A DNA stretch of 64,000 nucleotides from Auanema rhodensis (Eukaryota > Animalia > Nematoda). Positions within the stretch are counted from its first letter, which is position 1. Every line of letters starts with the position of its first letter. Below are positions 57,101 to 64,000 of this stretch, piece by piece. The DNA lies in the NCBI GenBank assembly GCA_964057225.1, contig OZ059900.1, positions 3,038,001-3,102,000 of the forward strand. The letters run 5' to 3'. The position numbers and the translations under genes were made by a program. The notes under the pieces are model-generated. The model did no database searches. It was not told the DNA's origin and saw nothing but the letters and a program-made list of their open reading frames with translations.

Positions 57101-60100
57101 GTAAATTTTGATCATATTCGTTAAGATTTGAGAATCAAACATACAATACACAAAATCAGTCTATTTTTATGAGCTTGCACTGATATATATTCATTTTGAT
57201 CAAAAAAGGTCGAAAATAGAAAGAATTTTTGAAATTTACGAGTTTTGAGTCTAATTTGGCTAAATCGCTCATATATATGATCAAAAGCATAGTTTTACTG
57301 TCTATTATAACAAAAGTCTTCAAATATACACTAATAATGTGTAAATCACTGAATTTCACTCAAATAGCTTTACTACACTAAGTATGGTCGTTTTTATGCC
57401 TTTAACACCATATACTCAACGATTTTTGGTACAAAATCTGTGATACTCGTAAATTTTGATCATATTCGGTGAGATTCGAGAATCAAACATACAATACACA
57501 AAATCAGTCTATTTTTATGAGCTTGCACTGATATATATTCATTTTGATCAAAAAAGGTCGAAAATAGAAAGAATTTTTGAAATTTACGAGTTTTGAGTCT
57601 AATTTGGCTAAATCGCTCATATATATGATCAGAAGCATAGGTGTATTGTCTATGACAACAAAAGTCATTAATTAAACACTAATGATGTTTAAATCACTAA
57701 ATTTCGCTCTAATAGCATTACTACACTAAGTATGGTCGTTTTTATGCCTTTAACACCATATACTCACCGATTTTTGGTACAAAATCTGTGATACTCGTAA
57801 ATTTTGATCATATTCGGTGAGATTCGAGAATCAAACACACAATACACGAAATAAGTTTATTTTTACGAGTTTGCACTGATATTTATTCATTTTGATCAAA
57901 AAAGGTCGAAAATAGAAAGAATTTTTGAAATTTCCGAGTTTTGAGTCTAATTTGGCTAAATCGCTCATATATATGATCAAAAGCATAGTTTTATTGTCTA
58001 TGACAACAAAAGTCATCAATTAAACGCTAGTGATGTTTAAATACTGAATTTCGCTCAAATAGCATTACTACACTAAGTATGGTCGTTTTTATGCCTTTAA
58101 CACCATATACTCACCGATTTTTGGTACAAAATCTGTGATACTCGTAAATTTTGATCATATTCGGTGAGATTCGAGAATCAAACACACAATACACGAAATA
58201 AGTTTATTTTTACGAGTTTGCACTGATATTTATTCATTTTGATCAAAAAAGGTCGAAAATAGAAAGAATTTTTGAAATTTCCGAGTTTTGAGTCTAATTT
58301 GGCTAAATCGCTCATATATATGATCAAAAGCATAGTTTTATTGTCTATGACAACAAAAGTCATCAATTAAACGCTAGTGATGTTTAAATACTGATTTTCG
58401 CTCAAATAGCATTACTACACTAAGTATGGTCGTTTTTATGCCTTTAACACCATATACTCACCGATTTTTGGTACAAAATCTGTAATACTCGTAAATTTTG
58501 ATCATATTCGTTAAGATTTGAGAATCAAACATACAATACACAAAATCAGTCTATTTTTATGAGCTTGCACTGATATATATTCATTTTGATCAAAAAAGGT
58601 CGAAAATAGAAAGAATTTTTGAAATTTACGAGTTTTGAGTCTAATTTGGCTAAATCGCTCATATATATGATCAGAAGCATAGTTTTATTGTCTATGACAA
58701 CGAAAGTCATTAATTAAACACTAATGATGTTTAAATCACTAAATTTCGCTCAAATAGCATTACTACACTAAGTATGGTCGTTTTTATGCCTTTAACACCA
58801 TATACTCACCGATTTTTGGTACAAAATCTGTGATACTCGTAAATTTTGATCATATTCGGTGAGATTCGAGAATCAAACACACAATACACGAAATAAGTTT
58901 ATTTTTATGAGTTTGCACTGATATTTATTCATTTTGATCAAAAAAGGTCGAAAATAGAAAGAATTTTTGAAATTTCCGAGTTTTGAGTCTAATTTGGCTA
59001 AATCGCTCATATATATGATCAAAAGCATAGTTTTATTGTCTATGACAACAAAAGTCATCAATTAAACGCTAGTGATGTTTAAATACTGATTTTCGCTCAA
59101 ATAGCATTACTACACTAAGTATGGTCGTTTTTATGCCTTTAACACCATATACTCACCGATTTTTGGTACAAAATCTGTAATACTCGTAAATTTTGATCAT
59201 ATTCGTTAAGATTTGAGAATCAAACATACAATACACAAAATCAGTCTATTTTTATGAGCTTGCACTGATATATATTCATTTTGATCAAAAAAGGTCGAAA
59301 ATAGAAAGAATTTTTGAAATTTACGAGTTTTGAGTCTAATTTGGCTAAATCGCTCATATATATGATCAGAAGCATAGTTTTATTGTCTATGACAACGAAA
59401 GTCATTAATTAAACACTAATGATGTTTAAATCACTAAATTTCGCTCAAATAGCATTACTACACTAAGTATGGTCGTTTTTATGCCTTTAACACCATATAC
59501 TCACCGATTTTTGGTACAAAATCTGTAATACTCGTAAATTTCGATCATATTCGGTGAGATTCGAGAATCAAACACACAATACACGAAATAAGTTTATTTT
59601 GACGAGTTTGCACTGATATTTATTCATTTTGATCAAAAAAGGTCGAAAATAGAAAGAATTTTTGAATTTTCCGAGTTTTGAGTCCAATTGGGCTAAATCG
59701 CTCATATATATGATCAAAAGCATAGTTTTACTGTCTATGATAACAAAAGTCTTCAAATATACACTAATGATGTGTAAATCACTGAATTTCACTCAAATAG
59801 CTTTACTACACTAAGTATGGTCGTTTTAATGCCTTTAACACCATATACTCACCGATTTTTGGTACAAAATCTGTGATACTCGTAAATTTTGATCATATTC
59901 GGTGAGATTCGAGAATCAAACATACAATACACAAAATCAGTCTATTTTTATGAGCTTGCACTGATATATATTCATTTTGATCAAAAAAGGTCGAAAATAG
60001 AAAGAATTTTTGAAATTTACGAGTTTTGAGTCTAATTTGGCTAAATCGCTCATATATATGATCAGAAGCATAGTTTTATTGTCTATGACAACGAAAGTCA

Positions 60101-63100
60101 TTAATTAAACACTAATGATGTTTAAATCACTAAATTTCGCTCAAATAGCATTACTACACTAAGTATGGTCGTTTTTATGCCTTTAACACCATATACTCAC
60201 CGATTTTTGGTACAAAATCTGTAATACTCGTAAATTTTGATCATATTCGGTGAGATTCGAGAATCAAACACACAATACACGAAATAAGTTTATTTTGACG
60301 AGTTTGCACTGATATTTATTCATTTTGATCAAAAAAGGTCGAAAATAGAAAGAATTTTTGAATTTTCCGAGTTTTGAGTCCAATTGGGCTAAATCGCTCA
60401 TATATATGATCAAAAGCATAGTTTTACTGTCTATGATAACAAAAGTCTTCAAATATACACTAATGATGTGTAAATCACTGAATTTCACTCAAATAGCTTT
60501 ACTACACTAAGTATGGTCGTTTTTATGCCTTTAACACCATATACTCACCGATTTTTGGTACAAAATCTGTAATACTCGTAAATTTTGATCATATTCGTTA
60601 AGATTTGAGAATCAAACATACAATACACAAAATCAGTCTATTTTTATGAGCTTGCACTGATATATATTCAATTTGATCAAAAAAGGTCGAAAATAGAAAG
60701 AATTTTTGAAATTTCCGAGTTTTGAGTCTAATTTGGCTAAATCGCTCATATATATGATCAAACGCATAGTTTTATTGTCTATGACAACAAAAGTCATCAA
60801 TTAAACGCTAGTGATGTTTAAATACTGAATTTCGCTCAAATAGCATTACTACACTAAGTATGGTCGTTTTTATGCCTTTAACACCATATACTCACCGATT
60901 TTTGGTACAAAATCTGTAATACTCGTAAATTTTGATCATATTCGTTAAGATTTGAAAATCAAACACACAATAAACAAAATCAGTCTATTTTTATGAGTTT
61001 GCACTGATATATATTCATTTTGATCAAAAAAGGTCGAAAATAGAAAGAATTTTTGAATTTTCCGAGTTTTGAGTCCAATTGGGCTAAATCGCTCATATAT
61101 ATAATCAAAAGCATAGTTTTACTGTCTATGATAACAAAAGTCTTCAAATATACACTAATAATGTGTAAATCACTGAATTTCACTCAAATAGCTTTACTAC
61201 ACTAAGTATGGTCGTTTTTATGCTTTTAACACCATATACTCAACGATTTTTGGTACAAAATCTGTAATACTCGTAAATTTTGATCATATTCGTTAAGATT
61301 TGAGAATCAAACATACAATACACAAAATCAGTCTATTTTTATGAGCTTGCACTGATATATATTCATTTTGATCAAAAAAGGTCGAAAATAGAAAGAATTT
61401 TTGAAATTTCCGAGTTTTGAGTCTAATTTGGCTAAATCGCTCATATACATGATCAGAAGCATAGTTTTATTGTCTATGACAACAAAAGTCATCAATTAAA
61501 CGCTAGTGATGTTTAAATACTGATTTTCGCTCAAATAGCATTACTACACTAAGTATGGTCGTTTTTATGCCTTTAACACCATATACTCACCGATTTTTGG
61601 TACAAAATCTGTAATACTCGTAAATTTTGATCATATTCGTTAAGATTCGAAAATCAAACACACAATACACGAAATAAGTTTATTTTGACGAGTTTGCACT
61701 GATATTTATTCATTTTGATCAAAAAAGGTCGAAAATAGAAAGAATTTTTGAATTTTCCGAGTTTTGAGTCCAATTGGGCTAAATCGCTCATATATATGAT
61801 CAAAAGCATAGTTTTACTGTCTATGATAACAAAAGTCTTCAAATATACACTAATGATGTGTAAATCACTGAATTTCACTCAAATAGCTTTACTACACTAA
61901 GTATGGTCGTTTTTATGCCTTTAACACCATATACTCACCGATTTTTGGTACAAAATCTGTGATACTCGTAAATTTTGATCATATTCGGTGAGATTCGAGA
62001 ATCAAACATACAATACACAAAATCAGTCTATTTTTATGAGCTTGCACTGATATATATTCATTTTGATCAAAAAAGGTCGAAAATAGAAAGAATTTTTGAA
62101 ATTTCCGAGTTTTGAGTCTAATTTGGCTAAATCGCTCATATACATGATCAGAAGCATAGTTTTATTGTCTATGACAACAAAAGTCATCAATTGAACGCTA
62201 GTGATGTTTAAATACTGATTTTCGCTCAAATAGCATTACTACACTAAGTATGGTCGTTTTTATGCCTTTAACACCATATACTCACCGATTTTTGCTACAA
62301 AATCTGTGATACTCGTAAATTTTGATCATATTCGGTGAGATTCGAGGATCGAACACACAATACACGAAATAAGTTTATTTTGACGAGTTTGCACTGATAT
62401 TTATTCATTTTGATCAAAAAAGGTCGAAAATAGAAAGAATTTTTGAATTTTCCGAGTTTTGAGTCCAATTGGGCTAAATCGCTCATATATATGATCAAAA
62501 GCATAGTTTTACTGTCTATGATAACAAAAGTCTTCAAATATACACTAATGATGTGTAAATCACTGAATTTCACTCAAATAGCTTTACTACACTAAGTATG
62601 GTCGTTTTTATGCCTTTAACACCATATACTCACCGATTTTTGGTACAAAATCTGTAATACTCGTAAATTTTGATCATATTCGGTGAGATTCGAGAATCAA
62701 ACACACAATACACGAAATAAGTTTATTTTGACGAGTTTGCACTGATATTTATTCATTTTGATCAAAAAATGTCGAAAATAGAAAGAATTTTTGAATTTTC
62801 CGAGTTTTGAGTCCAATTGGGCTACATCGCTCATATATATGATCAAAAGCATAGTTTTACTGTCTATGATAACAAAAGTCTTCAAATATACACTAATGAT
62901 GTGTAAATCACTGAATTTCACTCAAATAGCTTTACTACACTAAGTATGGTCGTTTTTATGCCTTTAACACCATATACTCACCGATTTTTGGTACAAAATC
63001 TGTAATACTCGTAAATTTTGATCATATTCGTTAAGATTTGAGAATCAAACATACAATACACAAAATCAGTCTATTTTTATGAGCTTGCACTGATATATAT

Positions 63101-64000
63101 TCAATTTGATCAAAAAAGGTCGAAAATAGAAAGAATTTTTGAAATTTCCGAGTTTTGAGTCTAATTTGGCTAAATCGCTCATATATATGATCAAAAGCAT
63201 AGTTTTATTATCTATGACAACAAAAGTCATCAATTAAACGCTAGTGATGTTTAAATACTGAATTTCGCTCAAATAGCATTACTACACTAAGTATGGTCGT
63301 TTTTATGCCTTTAACACCATATACTCACCGATTTTTGGTACAAAATCTGTAATACTCGTAAATTTTGATCATATTCGTTAAGATTTGAGAATCTAACATA
63401 CAATACACAAAATCAGTCTATTTTTATGAGCTTGCACTGATATATATTCATTTTGATCAAAAAAGGTCGAAAATAGAAAGAATTTTTGAAATTTACGAGT
63501 TTTGAGTCTAATTTGGCTAAATCGCTCATATATATGATCAGAAGCATAGTTTTATTGTGTATGACAACAAAAGTCATCAATTAAACGCTAGTGATGTTTA
63601 AATACTGATTTTCGCTCAAATAGCATTACTACACTAAGTATGGTCGTTTTTATGCCTTTAACACCATATACTCACCGATTTTTGGTACAAAATCTGTAAT
63701 ACTCGTAAATTTTGATCATATTCGTTAAGATTTGAAAATCAAACACACAATAAACAAAATCCGTCTATTTTTATGAGTTTGCACTGATATATATTCATTT
63801 TGATCAAAAAAGGTCGAAAATAGAAAGAATTTTTGAATTTTCCGAGTTTTGAGTCCAATTGGGCTAAATCGCTCATATATATAATCAAAAGCATAGTTTC
63901 ACTGTCTATGATAACAAAAGTCTTCAAATATACACTAATAATGTGTAAATCACTGAATTTCACTCAAATAGCTTTACTACACTAAGTATGGTCGTTTTTA

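Larger units (their letters stand above)
1..64000. repeat. Satellite DNA tandem array, 347/348-bp monomer, 184 full copies plus a partial copy, single orientation
   Basis: TAAGTATGGTCGTTTTTATGCC recurs at 1, 349, 696, 1044 ... 63635 and 63983. ORF-track positions step by 347/348 or multiples of it throughout. 63982 = 134x348 + 50x347. Confidence 0.99.

Noticed and set aside
105-63963. Repeated minus-strand 61-92 aa ORFs (MKFSDLH..., MMTFVV...) as a tandem small-protein gene family
   Set aside because: They are one frame of the satellite monomer. The listed starts are mostly GTG/TTG, many monomers carry stops or the 1-bp frameshift, variants are freely non-synonymous, and I recognise no domain. 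Ribo-seq or proteomics would be needed to revive the idea.
1-64000. CRISPR array or other repeat-spacer/cassette system
   Set aside because: There are no unique spacers: the whole period is repeated with only allelic substitutions, and no cas, integrase or reverse transcriptase genes are present.

Overview
The whole 64 kb window is one uninterrupted head-to-tail array of an AT-rich satellite DNA. It holds 184 complete monomers (1-63982) plus an 18-bp partial copy; by my indexing 134 are 348 bp and 50 are 347 bp, and the first monomer is about 31% GC by hand count. I see no inversions, transposon insertions, unique spacers or credible genes: the recurring 61-92 aa ORFs are one reading frame of the monomer seen repeatedly. 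The interest lies in the array's internal architecture. (i) Monomers are mosaics of a few allelic blocks. (ii) Private SNPs reveal nested local higher-order repeats (3-, 4-, 5-, 7- and 16-mers) whose order of origin can partly be read. (iii) A colinear set of rare variants links the first ~5 kb to 47.6-55.6 kb, implying a ~48-51 kb macro-duplication. (iv) The monomer is dense in dyad symmetries, and several common multi-base alleles create, perfect or re-register hairpins. It looks like eukaryotic (peri)centromeric or heterochromatic satellite, but I cannot identify the family, organism or function from sequence alone, and I found no evidence of a new protein-based system. All counts and coordinates come from manual reading.
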